NCBI GenBank assembly: GCA_030649835.1
Contig: JAUSES010000063.1
Span: forward strand, 1 to 52,066
Direction of reading: 5' to 3'
Length of the DNA stretch: 52,066 bases
From: a bacterium
Lineage (GTDB): Bacteria; Patescibacteriota; Minisyncoccia; Phycocordibacterales; UBA1550
The position numbers were made by a program, and so were the translations under genes. The notes under the pieces were generated by a model. The model ran no database searches and was not told the origin of the DNA. It saw nothing but the letters and a program-made list of their open reading frames with translations. Each line of letters begins with the position of its first letter. Within the stretch, counting starts at the first letter, position 1. This document shows, one piece after another, positions 10,344-19,415 of this stretch.

Positions 10344-11017
10344 ATGAGACACCCAAGTGCTCATCCGCAGTACGCAACACGTATAAACTTCATTAACTGG
10401 GCGCTCAGGATCGGTGCCATTGAGCTTGTTCCTCGGGAGCTGAAGAGTGGGCGAATTTCGCCATACTACTTTAATTCCGGATTGTTCAATACGGGACACA
10501 CTCTTTCAACACTTGTTCAGGAATATACAAAGGTGATTCATCTTAACTTTAATCCTGATGTGATCTTTGGCCCTGCGTATAAAGGTATTCCGCTTGTTGC
10601 AGGTGTTGCGATAGCCCTCGGTAATAGTGTCGGGTACGCCTTCAACCGCAAGGAAGAAAAGGCCCATGGTGAAGGAGGGATCCTTGCCGGGTCCCCGCTT
10701 GAAGGAAAAAAGGTACTGATCATTGACGATGTGATGACCACGGGGACTTCATCTGGCGAAGCTGTTGAAATTATTCGCGCAAACGGCGGAACCCCATTGG
10801 CTGTGTGATTGCATTTGATCGGCAAGAACGCGGAAAAGAAAGCGAACTTTCAGCAGTACAGGAATTTCAGAAGAATTATGGAATACCTGTTCAAGCCGTC
10901 GCAACATTTGAGGATCTGATTGATCTCCTCAAGAATTCTACAGCCGGAAGCAAATATGATTTGCGAGGGGATATTCTTGAAAAAATCCTCGCGTATCAAA
11001 AGGAGTACGGGGTTTAG
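10344..11017 (+). pseudogene. pyrE: Orotate phosphoribosyltransferase with a 1-nt deletion near 10792-10795
   Basis: LKSGRISPYYFN, FGPAYKGIP, IIDDVMTTG in the first frame; IGCVIAFDRQE continues in another frame after ACCCC. Confidence 0.8.
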
Positions 11018-11036
11018 TAAAAACTCTGTATTCAAG

Positions 11037-11066
11037 ACCAGCCTCTTTCAAACGGGGCTGGTTTTT
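11037..11066 (+). terminator. Terminator after pyrE
   Basis: ACCAGCCTC/GGGGCTGGT stem followed by a T run. Confidence 0.75.
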
Positions 11067-11169
11067 GTATTTTGCCACCCTCAAAAATAGTTGTATAATA
11101 GATGCAGAGGTTCAGCAGTTGCAGGTGGTCATTTTGCTTCCTAACTTTTTGAAAAGAGGGAGGTGTGAC

Positions 11170-11502
11170 ATGAATTTTGGTTTTAATCCTAATCAAAATA
11201 ACCTTATCGTAAGCTTTACTGACAAGGAGAAGGACTGGTGTTTGCAACTTATTGAAATTGCAATTGAGGAGGAAAGTGAGAGGGGGGCAAGACTTCCGTC
11301 TCCTGATCAACTTCGGTTGCGTCGGAGCAACGAGCTTCCGAACGACTACTATCTTGATTTTAGTTTCGAACATCTCTCTCTCGGCATGGCCTTTCTAAGA
11401 AATATATATGAAAGAAGAGTGGGGCCGAATGATTCTGAAAAAATGGAGGAAATTTTGTTTAAAATACATGTACTCTGCGGAGATGATACTGTCTACCACT
11501 GA
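11170..11502 (+). CDS. Hypothetical protein (110 aa)
   Basis: Promoter TTGCCA-16-TATAAT (11072-11099), SD GGAGGT, terminator near 11525-11552. Confidence 0.65.
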   Translation: MNFGFNPNQNNLIVSFTDKEKDWCLQLIEIAIEEESERGARLPSPDQLRLRRSNELPNDYYLDFSFEHLSLGMAFLRNIYERRVGPNDSEKMEEILFKIHVLCGDDTVYH

Positions 11503-11581
11503 TACCAAAAGTTTTAAGAAGTACCCGGGGTGACAAGCCCCGGTTTTGTTTTTATGTGGAGAGTGCGGTATCATTACTTCA

Positions 11582-12548
11582 ATGTTTGAAATATTCTTGA
11601 TTATTTTAGGGCTTGTCATCTTTGAGACGGTGATGAGTATCGACAATGCGGTGGTGAATGCCGACGTTCTTTCGACGATGAAGAGTAGGCGCGCGAAACG
11701 ATTCTTCCTGACGTGGGGTATTCTTTTTGCGGTGTTCGTGGTGCGCGGTGTCTTGCCGTCACTCATTGTTTACCTTTCTACTCCCAACATAGGACTCTGG
11801 GGTGCCATCTCAGCTATTTGGAAAAATGACCCGAGTGTGACCGTCGCAGTAATGGCGGCAACCCCAATTATTATGATTGCGGGTGGAATGTTCCTTGTGC
11901 TTCTCTGGGCGCATTGGCTTTTTATGGAGGATAAAAAGTTTGGACTTCCGCATGAATGGTATGTGCAGAAATACGGCGCGGTATGGTTTTCCTCCGTAGC
12001 AGCACTTCTTCTTGTCGGGGTGCTGTATAAAATAAACAGTTCGTTCTTTGAGGATCCAATGAAGCTCGCGCTTGCGGCGGCGGTTGGCTTTAGTGTGTTT
12101 TTTATAACGCAGGGATTTAAAGATAATGCAGAGGAGATAGAGGAGCGCATCATTGCATCGGGCGAACACAGCAGTATGTCCGTCCGACTGGTCCAAGGTC
12201 CTTTTTCTTGAAGTCTTGGACACCGTGTTTAGTATCGACGGGGTAGTGGGGGCCTTTGCATTTACAACTTCGGTACCGATGATTCTCATCGGTACCGGTA
12301 TCGGCGCTATTGTGGTGCGTCAGCTTACGATGTACGGGGTCGATCGCATCCGCTCGTACAGCTATTTGAAAAACGGTGCAATGTACTCGATCGGTTTTCT
12401 CGGCTTCGTGATGATTCTTGAAGCCTTTGGCGCACACATCCCCGCGTGGTTCTCGCCATGCGTGACCATAACCGTGGTCGGCTATTTCTTCTGGAAGTCA
12501 GTTGCGGAAAATAAGAGGCTCGCCACGGTACCCCAGACAAATGAGTAA
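11582..12548 (+). pseudogene. DUF475/TerC-like membrane protein frameshifted by a 4-bp duplication (GTCC GTCC, 12178-12185)
   Basis: FETVMSIDNAVVNA...FLTWGILFAVFVVRG in the first frame; FLEVLDTVFSIDGVVGAFAFT...GAMYSI in the second. Removing 4 bp gives M-S-D-W-S-K. Confidence 0.8.
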
Positions 12549-12572
12549 GAATGGCGGCCGTAGCGTTAAACT

Positions 12573-12707
12573 AGAACCCATCTCAAATTAAATTTGAGCC
12601 TTATCGGTCGGCAAGCCACTTCAGGGGTTTTTGAAAACAAAGTTTTCAAAAACCCCTGAAGTCTGGTAATCTGTATATTATTAGCGGTTTAATTTGAGAT
12701 AGGTTCT
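12573..12707. mobile_element. MITE-like element with 20-bp TIRs and an internal 21-bp perfect hairpin
   Basis: AGAACCCATCTCAAATTAAA / TTTAATTTGAGATAGGTTCT (19/20); inner ACTTCAGGGGTTTTTGAAAAC-AAA-GTTTTCAAAAACCCCTGAAGT. Confidence 0.65.
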
Positions 12708-12724
12708 GGTATAATAAAAGCACC

Positions 12725-13756
12725 ATGGCAAATCAGAAATCAGAACTTTATTTTCTCCTTGCAGTTCTCGCAGGGGTTGGTCTTCTTGTTTTTTTCATTT
12801 TTCAGCCATTTATTTATGCTCTTATATTGGCAGTTATTTTTGCAACAGTATTTTCACCCGTACACAAAAGAATTCTCAGCATGATGAACGAACGACATGC
12901 CACCTCGGCAATTTTGTCTACCATTTTTGTTTTGGTTGTGATTTTTGTGCCCATCACTCTCCTCAGTACACAGATTTTTAAGGAAGCCACTCAACTCTCA
13001 GAGACTATTGTAGAGAACGGAGGAACCACGGGGATGATGATCTGGCTCGAGGACATGGTGAGAGGACTCGGTATCACATCACTCCCGGCGAGCACTTTTG
13101 ACATCAACCAGTATCTTAAGCAAGGTCTTGTTTGGCTGACAGAGCATCTCGGGACCGTATTTTCCAATATTGCAAAAATAGTTTCGAGCATAATCGTGAT
13201 GCTCTTTGCGCTCTACTACTTGTTTAAAGAGGGAAGCGAGCTCAAAAAGAACGCTATCACACTAAGCCCCCTTCAGGATGTACACGATGAGACTATTTTT
13301 CGAAAACTTGAAATAGCAATAAACTCGGTAGTGCGGGGAAGTATCGCCGTGGGGCTGGTGCAAGGAGTGTTAACTGCCATTGGGCTCGCTATCTTCGGCG
13401 TTCCAAACCCCGTGCTGTGGGGAAGTGTCGCTGCGGTGACCGCGCTCATTCCTGCCATTGGCACCTCTATTGTACTTCTCCCTGCGATTTTGTTTCTCTT
13501 TTTTACTGGTCAGGAGCCGTCTGCTCTCGGGCTATTGGTGTGGGGAATAGTTGCTGTGGGGCTCGTTGACAATGTGTTGGGGCCTAAGCTCGTTGGCAAG
13601 GGCGCCAAGCTTCACCCATTCCTTATTCTTCTTTCCATTTTGGGCGGTGTCACATTTTTTGGTCCGGTTGGATTCCTCTTTGGACCACTTGTTCTCGCTC
13701 TTCTCTTTGCATTTCTCGAAATTTATTCCACTGTTTTGAGGAAGCGCGGAGCATAA
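12725..13756 (+). CDS. AI-2E family transporter
   Basis: Multi-TM; ALIPAIGT, VDNVLGPKLVG, LHPFLILLSILGG..FFGPVGFLFGP. Confidence 0.9.
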   Translation: MANQKSELYFLLAVLAGVGLLVFFIFQPFIYALILAVIFATVFSPVHKRILSMMNERHATSAILSTIFVLVVIFVPITLLSTQIFKEATQLSETIVENGGTTGMMIWLEDMVRGLGITSLPASTFDINQYLKQGLVWLTEHLGTVFSNIAKIVSSIIVMLFALYYLFKEGSELKKNAITLSPLQDVHDETIFRKLEIAINSVVRGSIAVGLVQGVLTAIGLAIFGVPNPVLWGSVAAVTALIPAIGTSIVLLPAILFLFFTGQEPSALGLLVWGIVAVGLVDNVLGPKLVGKGAKLHPFLILLSILGGVTFFGPVGFLFGPLVLALLFAFLEIYSTVLRKRGA

Positions 13757-13766
13757 TCAATTAAGT

Positions 13767-14309
13767 GTGGATGAGAAAATAATTAAGATATTGAAGAAAG
13801 GAGGTGTTGGAGTACTTCTTACCGATACTTTGTATGGGATGGTATCTGCCGCAGAAAACAAAAAAGCAGTTGAGAGAATTTACAATATAAAAGGGAGAAA
13901 TGAAAAGAAGCCACTCATCATTTTAATTTCCAATGTCAGTGACGTCGAGCGTTTTGGAGTGAACCTCGATGAGGAGGCCCGAGAGTTATTAGGGAAGTTT
14001 TGGCCGGGGGCAGTGAGCGTCATATTGCCCTGTGGTCTGAAAAAGTTTGAGTACCTGCATCGTGGCACAAAAACCCTCGCATTCAGAATACCTAATAAAA
14101 AATCCCTGATTGATATTATAAAGAAGACGGGGTCGCTTGTAGCACCGAGCGCAAATCCAGAGGGGCTTCCTCCCGCCAAAAACATCACCGAAGCAAAGCG
14201 CTATTTTGGTGATACGGTGGACTTTTACCAAAGCGGCGGAAATCCAAAAACAAAGCCTTCGACAATTGTTTCAATAATAAAAGGTGAGGTAGTAATAATT
14301 AGAAAATGA
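13767..14309 (+). CDS. tsaC: Threonylcarbamoyl-AMP synthase (YrdC/Sua5 domain)
   Basis: TDTLYG, IKGRNEKKPL, FWPG, APSAN motifs; GTG start. Confidence 0.9.
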   Translation: MDEKIIKILKKGGVGVLLTDTLYGMVSAAENKKAVERIYNIKGRNEKKPLIILISNVSDVERFGVNLDEEARELLGKFWPGAVSVILPCGLKKFEYLHRGTKTLAFRIPNKKSLIDIIKKTGSLVAPSANPEGLPPAKNITEAKRYFGDTVDFYQSGGNPKTKPSTIVSIIKGEVVIIRK

Positions 14310-14782
14310 GTACCAGAAAAACAGTTGCTATTCTCGACAATCTCCGTAGTGTTCACAATGTGGGCTCGATTTTCCGCACGGCAAATGCGGTAGGAATTGA
14401 GAAAATATATTTGTGTGGCACAACACCAACACCGCTTGATAATAAAGGAGAAAAAAGAAAAGATTTTGCAAAGGTTGCACTAGGTGCAGAGGACACGGTG
14501 AAGTGGGAATATATTGAGAGTACTTTCGAATGCGTGAAGAGGCTGAAAGAAGAAAATTATTATGTTGTTGCTCTTGAGCAGGACGAGAAGTCAGTTGACT
14601 ACAAAAGTATAGTGCCGGAAAAGAAAACTGCATTTGTGATAGGGAACGAAGTGGATGGTATTTTCCCCGAGGTGCTTGTGCAGAGCGACATTATCGCCGA
14701 AATCCCCATGCTTGGCACAAAAGAGTCGCTCAATGTGACAATAGCGTTTGGGGTTGCGGTGTATCGGATATTGGGAGTGTGA
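14306..14782 (+). CDS. TrmH/SpoU family RNA methyltransferase
   Basis: LDNLRSVHNVGSIFRTA, GNEVDG, IPMLGTKESLNV. Confidence 0.92.
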   Translation: MSTRKTVAILDNLRSVHNVGSIFRTANAVGIEKIYLCGTTPTPLDNKGEKRKDFAKVALGAEDTVKWEYIESTFECVKRLKEENYYVVALEQDEKSVDYKSIVPEKKTAFVIGNEVDGIFPEVLVQSDIIAEIPMLGTKESLNVTIAFGVAVYRILGV

Positions 14783-14968
14783 TCTTAATTCAGTTTTGCG
14801 CTTGACCCCCCCCGTACAAACATGATAGACTCGCCACAGATGTTGCATTTCTGACATCCAACTTACACAAGGAGAATACAAATGAATTCATCATAGTTCT
14901 TTAACACAAACATGGTACACTGAAATTGAATATCACTTCATCAATCATATCTTATGAGGAATCTCACA

Positions 14969-16093
14969 ATGAAAACAAAACTCTTAATTCTGTTAGGCAT
15001 TACACTTGCGGTGCTTTCTGCATTTGCGGTGGCGGGGAATCTGCTTACTCCACCGTGGAGTGCAGGAAATGTTTCGCCAGAGAACACAAATCTGTCGGAC
15101 GAAAAACCTGAACCTCCCCTCGTCATTACAAAAGACCTAAATGTTCTCAAAGGCAGAGGGCTTTTCTATGCCGAGAATGGCTCGCTCCATAAAGAAGAAA
15201 TTTCTCCCGATGGTACCCTTGCAACCACAAGTAAAATAGTGGCAACGGGGTCAATTCGGCTTGTGGATCAGAATGACGACGCTGTCTTGTTTGTTAAGAG
15301 CCTGTCTTCTGGAGAATATAGCTCTAATAACGAGCTATGGCTCCTTGATAAGATAACGGGATTGTCACAGAAAATAATCAATAGAGTAGCTGTTGGTGGC
15401 GAAGGGAGGATTTCTCCACAGGGGAATCTTATTGCCGTAGTTACCTACGATAATGAACTCCTACTTCTCGCACGAGATGGAGATGGTCTTGTTACCCAAA
15501 TTGGCGTTCACGGCATCTCCCCAATGTTTTCCCCTGATGGTAAGAAAATCGCCTACATAAAACTCAAAGACGAGAAAATCAATCTCGGCGATGAGGATAT
15601 GTTTCAAGGTGTTGCGATTTACGACCTAGTTACAGGGGAAGATAGTATTGCTTCCAAAGCAGGCACAGAAGGGAAAGAGTACAGAATCACCGGATGGTCG
15701 CCTGACGGTAAGAGAATATACTTTCCTTCTTCAAACGATGCCATATGGTCTGTCGCTCTTGATGGAAATGGAAAAAGACAGGAGACAAACAATGGAATAG
15801 AGTCACCTTTCGTTTCAACCTACTTGAGTCAGTTGCTTTTTGCTGATGACGGAACTACTGCGTTTGGCGAGGCAGACGGTGTCTGGGCTTTTAAACTCGG
15901 TAATGATGGTGAATTCCTTGGCGCGAAAAAAGTTGTGGAAGGAGTTGATGGCAACATATCAATGTTGAGTTGGCTTGAAAAGGGGAAGAGTATCAATTTC
16001 CGTCCTTATGGAGGCGTTATTAATCCAGCTACAGGAAAGATGTTCCCCAAAGCATTCACAACTGTCTATCGCGTTTCAGATTTGAAACAATAG
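14969..16093 (+). CDS. TolB-like/PD40 beta-propeller protein with N-terminal signal/anchor
   Basis: Hydrophobic N-terminus; ISPDG, ISPQG, FSPDG, WSPDG repeats; SD GAGGA. Confidence 0.8.
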   Translation: MKTKLLILLGITLAVLSAFAVAGNLLTPPWSAGNVSPENTNLSDEKPEPPLVITKDLNVLKGRGLFYAENGSLHKEEISPDGTLATTSKIVATGSIRLVDQNDDAVLFVKSLSSGEYSSNNELWLLDKITGLSQKIINRVAVGGEGRISPQGNLIAVVTYDNELLLLARDGDGLVTQIGVHGISPMFSPDGKKIAYIKLKDEKINLGDEDMFQGVAIYDLVTGEDSIASKAGTEGKEYRITGWSPDGKRIYFPSSNDAIWSVALDGNGKRQETNNGIESPFVSTYLSQLLFADDGTTAFGEADGVWAFKLGNDGEFLGAKKVVEGVDGNISMLSWLEKGKSINFRPYGGVINPATGKMFPKAFTTVYRVSDLKQ

Positions 16094-16123
16094 TTCTGTA
16101 CACATTAAAAAAGGAGAAGTGAA

Positions 16124-16741
16124 ATGAATAAAGCTTATTTGGCTGGTTTGGTGTTGGTTGTCGTGAGTCTTTCCGCGGAGGCGGCATTGATTAGGTGGCC
16201 GCTTGATTTTTACGCAGGATACTCGCGATGGTACGATAATAATCCGAGTGCGGGAGCTGTGCGTCGCTATGATGGCAATACGCAACTTTCTCCGCCCCCT
16301 TACTATATTGCCTATGATGGGCATGTTGGTACCGATATTAAAGGTGGAGGAATTGACCCCGCGTATATTCGTGCCGGCGCAAGTGGGGTTGTGTACCAGA
16401 AAGTGAACACCTGTGCCGACACACCTGTTCCTGGTTGCGGATCTGGTTTCGGCAACCATGTACGCATAGAGCATCCAGATGGGATGGTTACTATTTATGC
16501 ACACATGCTACAAGCATCTATACGACCAGAGGGAAGTGTTATTTGCGGCAACCTTGTGGGGCTCATTGGAAATTCTGGTTCCTCAGACGGGCGACATCTC
16601 CATTTGGAGTTCAGACGAGACAGGTATCTTCCCCCGAGAACTTTTGACCCATTTAATGGGGCAGGAAACATTGGTGTTAGCTACTGGACCAACCAGAACG
16701 GTAACACTGCTCCGGTGAATCCATCCATGACATGTTCATAA
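16124..16741 (+). CDS. Secreted M23-family metallopeptidase
   Basis: Signal peptide; HVGTD, GFGNHVRIEH, YAHM, GNSG, HLHLE motifs; SD AAGGAG. Confidence 0.9.
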   Translation: MNKAYLAGLVLVVVSLSAEAALIRWPLDFYAGYSRWYDNNPSAGAVRRYDGNTQLSPPPYYIAYDGHVGTDIKGGGIDPAYIRAGASGVVYQKVNTCADTPVPGCGSGFGNHVRIEHPDGMVTIYAHMLQASIRPEGSVICGNLVGLIGNSGSSDGRHLHLEFRRDRYLPPRTFDPFNGAGNIGVSYWTNQNGNTAPVNPSMTCS

Positions 16742-16783
16742 TGTATCAGTGTTCATAAAAAAATAGTTCTTTAGTTTCAACTT

Positions 16784-16815
16784 ACACCCCCGAGATTTTT
16801 TTCGGGGGTGTTTTT
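16784..16815 (+). terminator. Rho-independent terminator
   Basis: ACACCCCCGA/TCGGGGGTGT stem followed by a T run. Confidence 0.85.
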
Positions 16816-16889
16816 ATATAATTTTTTCTTTTTGATATTTAGACTTTTTCTGCTAGAATGCGCTCAATTATTGAAGACAAAGGGATTCA

Positions 16890-17150
16890 TCCCGTTAGAA
16901 GTCGCCTGCCCACTTTCGCCAGAACACAAAGTTGAGCTCAAGTGATGGCGGGCGGGCATAGTTCAGCTATTTCTACTGATGGAGGAAGTCGAATGTCCAG
17001 ATATTTTTTTCACTAGTCGTTAAACAAATACGGAAGTTCACGCGCTAAATAATTGAGATTTAGCTATCATATGAAAATTACTAGATATTATGAATACACA
17101 CGATACAATTACAGATACAGTCGCGCGTGAGCTTCCTACTTCTAACGGGA
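16890..17150. mobile_element. CCCGTTAGA-family miniature element overlapping the atpB 5' end
   Basis: Perfect 13-bp TIR TCCCGTTAGAAGT/ACTTCTAACGGGA; TTCA duplicated at 16886-16889 and 17151-17154. Confidence 0.85.
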
Positions 17151-17875
17151 TTCATATTTCGCTTTCGGCAGAACAAATAGGGACTCTGTGGGGGATTCCC
17201 GTCACAAATACAATGCTCATGAGCTTTATCGTGTTTGCACTTCTCGCAATCCTTGCGTTTTTTGTACGCAAAAATCTCGCACTCATTCCGGGGCGACTCC
17301 AGACGGCGGTAGAGACACTTTTTGTCGGTATTCTTGACTACATGACGGAGACCCTAGAGGATGCAAAGCTCGCACGAAAACTTTTTCCGCTCATCCTCAC
17401 TATTTTCCTTTTTATTTTTACCGCAAATATTATTGAATTTACTCCGGGGATCGGAAGTATTGGCTGGACGCACGGAGGGGAGTTCACGCCGCTCCTTCGC
17501 TCGATGAATACTGACCTGAACACAACACTTGCGCTCACGATCATTGTCTTTATTGTTATTGAGGTGGTCGGGGTGGCAACATTGGGCTTCTTGAAATATG
17601 GCAAGAAATTTGTTAATGTTACCTCGTTCCTGGGTTTTTTGGTGGGCATTATTGAGCTTTTTTCCGAAGTAGCGCGTTTGGTCTCGTACTCGTTTCGTCT
17701 TTTCGGAAACATCTTTGCGGGAGAAGTGATGATTTTAGTTATTCAGCACTTTGTACCCATGGTACTCCCCGTCCCCATTATGCTCTTTGAGGTTTTCGTC
17801 GGTTTTATACAGGCGGCAATCTTTGCGCTCCTCACACTCTTCTTTGTGAAGATTGCGGTCACGCCGGCGCATTAA
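17090..17875 (+). CDS. atpB: F0F1 ATP synthase subunit a
   Basis: PGRLQ, TDLNTTLAL, SFRLFGNIFAGE, FVGFIQAAIF; first ~20 aa come from the element. Confidence 0.95.
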   Translation: MNTHDTITDTVARELPTSNGIHISLSAEQIGTLWGIPVTNTMLMSFIVFALLAILAFFVRKNLALIPGRLQTAVETLFVGILDYMTETLEDAKLARKLFPLILTIFLFIFTANIIEFTPGIGSIGWTHGGEFTPLLRSMNTDLNTTLALTIIVFIVIEVVGVATLGFLKYGKKFVNVTSFLGFLVGIIELFSEVARLVSYSFRLFGNIFAGEVMILVIQHFVPMVLPVPIMLFEVFVGFIQAAIFALLTLFFVKIAVTPAH

Positions 17876-18040
17876 CGAGGTTTAAGGTGTTAGGTTTTAG
17901 CTTTTAGGAGGACACAGGGCGTGTTATCTTAAAAACTAATACCTATCAGGTTTTAGTTTAATATGATTATTAGTTAATTTAGTATTTTGAGTTTTAGCTT
18001 TGCGGTGTTGTGGAAAGTAGAGACTTTTCCTAACACCTAA

Positions 18041-18295
<255 letters not shown>

Positions 18296-18310
18296 TCAGC
18301 ATACATTCAC

Positions 18311-18754
18311 GTGGAACAGATCATCTCAGTATTCGGTATCAATTGGAAACTCCTCCTCATTCAGGGGGTAAACTTTGGTTTGCTTCTTTTTATTCTTCAT
18401 CGTTATCTTTACAAGCCAGTAATCGCTATGGTGGACGAGCGTCGTGAAAAAATTGAAAATGCCATAAAAGATTCCGAGCGGATGGAGGTGGAGCTCGGCC
18501 TTGCGGAATCCGAAAAAGCTCGTATTGTCCGTGAAGCAACAGTAAAGGGTGATGAGCTCATTGACGCTGCAAAAAAACACGCAGAAACTGCCGAGGCTAT
18601 GATGATGAAAGATGCACACAGAAAAGCAGTACATCTTTTGAACGAAGCAGAGCACCGTACAAACCGCGAGCATGATGAAATGCTCCAAAACGCTGAGCGT
18701 GAGGTCGCGCGCATGGCAGTGTTGTCTGCAGAGAAAATTTTGCGTAAAGCATAA
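18311..18754 (+). CDS. atpF: F0F1 ATP synthase subunit b
   Basis: FGINWKLLLIQGVNF..LYKP..DERREKI; operon position. Confidence 0.93.
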   Translation: MEQIISVFGINWKLLLIQGVNFGLLLFILHRYLYKPVIAMVDERREKIENAIKDSERMEVELGLAESEKARIVREATVKGDELIDAAKKHAETAEAMMMKDAHRKAVHLLNEAEHRTNREHDEMLQNAEREVARMAVLSAEKILRKA

Positions 18755-18761
18755 CCATGAA

Positions 18762-18881
18762 TCCCGTTAGAAGCCGCGGTCGCTTCGTGGAAGAAAAATA
18801 TATGAAAAAAAGTCGAACAAAATTTATTAAAAATAACATAATGCAAGGGCTTCGCGCGAGCGCGACCTGCTTCTAACGGGA
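18762..18881. mobile_element. CCCGTTAGA-family element inserted in the atpH start codon
   Basis: TIR TCCCGTTAGAAGC/GCTTCTAACGGGA; A-TGAA[element]TGAA duplication. Confidence 0.85.
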
Positions 18882-19282
18882 TGAAAGCATCATGGTACGC
18901 AGAGGCGCTTTACGGAGCGCTCAAAGAAGTTGCTACGGAGGCGGAGTCAAAAAAAGTTTTTGTCAGCTTTCGGAAGGTTCTCTTAACGCGAGGGCACGAA
19001 AAACTTCTACCATTTATTTCGCGCGAACTGGAGAAAATTCTTATTCGCGAGAAGAACAATAATGAAGTGATTTTGGTAACCGCAGATGCAAAGAGTAAAA
19101 ACAAATGGTCCCATGCATATGACCATTATGAAAAAGAAGGGACAATTCTCAAAGGCGCTATTCGTCAAGACAAAGTAGATGAATCAATTGTTGGAGGATT
19201 CCAAATAAGAATGAAAGGAACATTAATAGACGGCAGTTACAAAAAATCCCTAGTCGAACTTTATCGCAACGTCACTAATTAA
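18881..19282 (+). CDS. atpH: F0F1 ATP synthase subunit delta (short)
   Basis: YAEALY N-terminus; VDESIVGGFQIR..LIDGS C-terminus; lies between atpF and atpA. Confidence 0.85.
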   Translation: MKASWYAEALYGALKEVATEAESKKVFVSFRKVLLTRGHEKLLPFISRELEKILIREKNNNEVILVTADAKSKNKWSHAYDHYEKEGTILKGAIRQDKVDESIVGGFQIRMKGTLIDGSYKKSLVELYRNVTN

Positions 19283-19293
19283 TAGGACACGAG

Positions 19294-19415
19294 TCCCGTT
19301 AGAGGTCATATAGTTAAATTATGTACTCTTCGGGCTTTATAAAGAGATGTGCTATTATTGCTAATTATTATAAGATAACTACGGAAATGCCTAGCATTTC
19401 CTACCTCTAACGGGA
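19294..19415. mobile_element. CCCGTTAGA-family element ending in the A of the atpA ATG
   Basis: TIR TCCCGTTAGAGGT/ACCTCTAACGGGA; decayed duplication CGAG/TGAA; interior homologous to 48143-48263. Confidence 0.85.
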
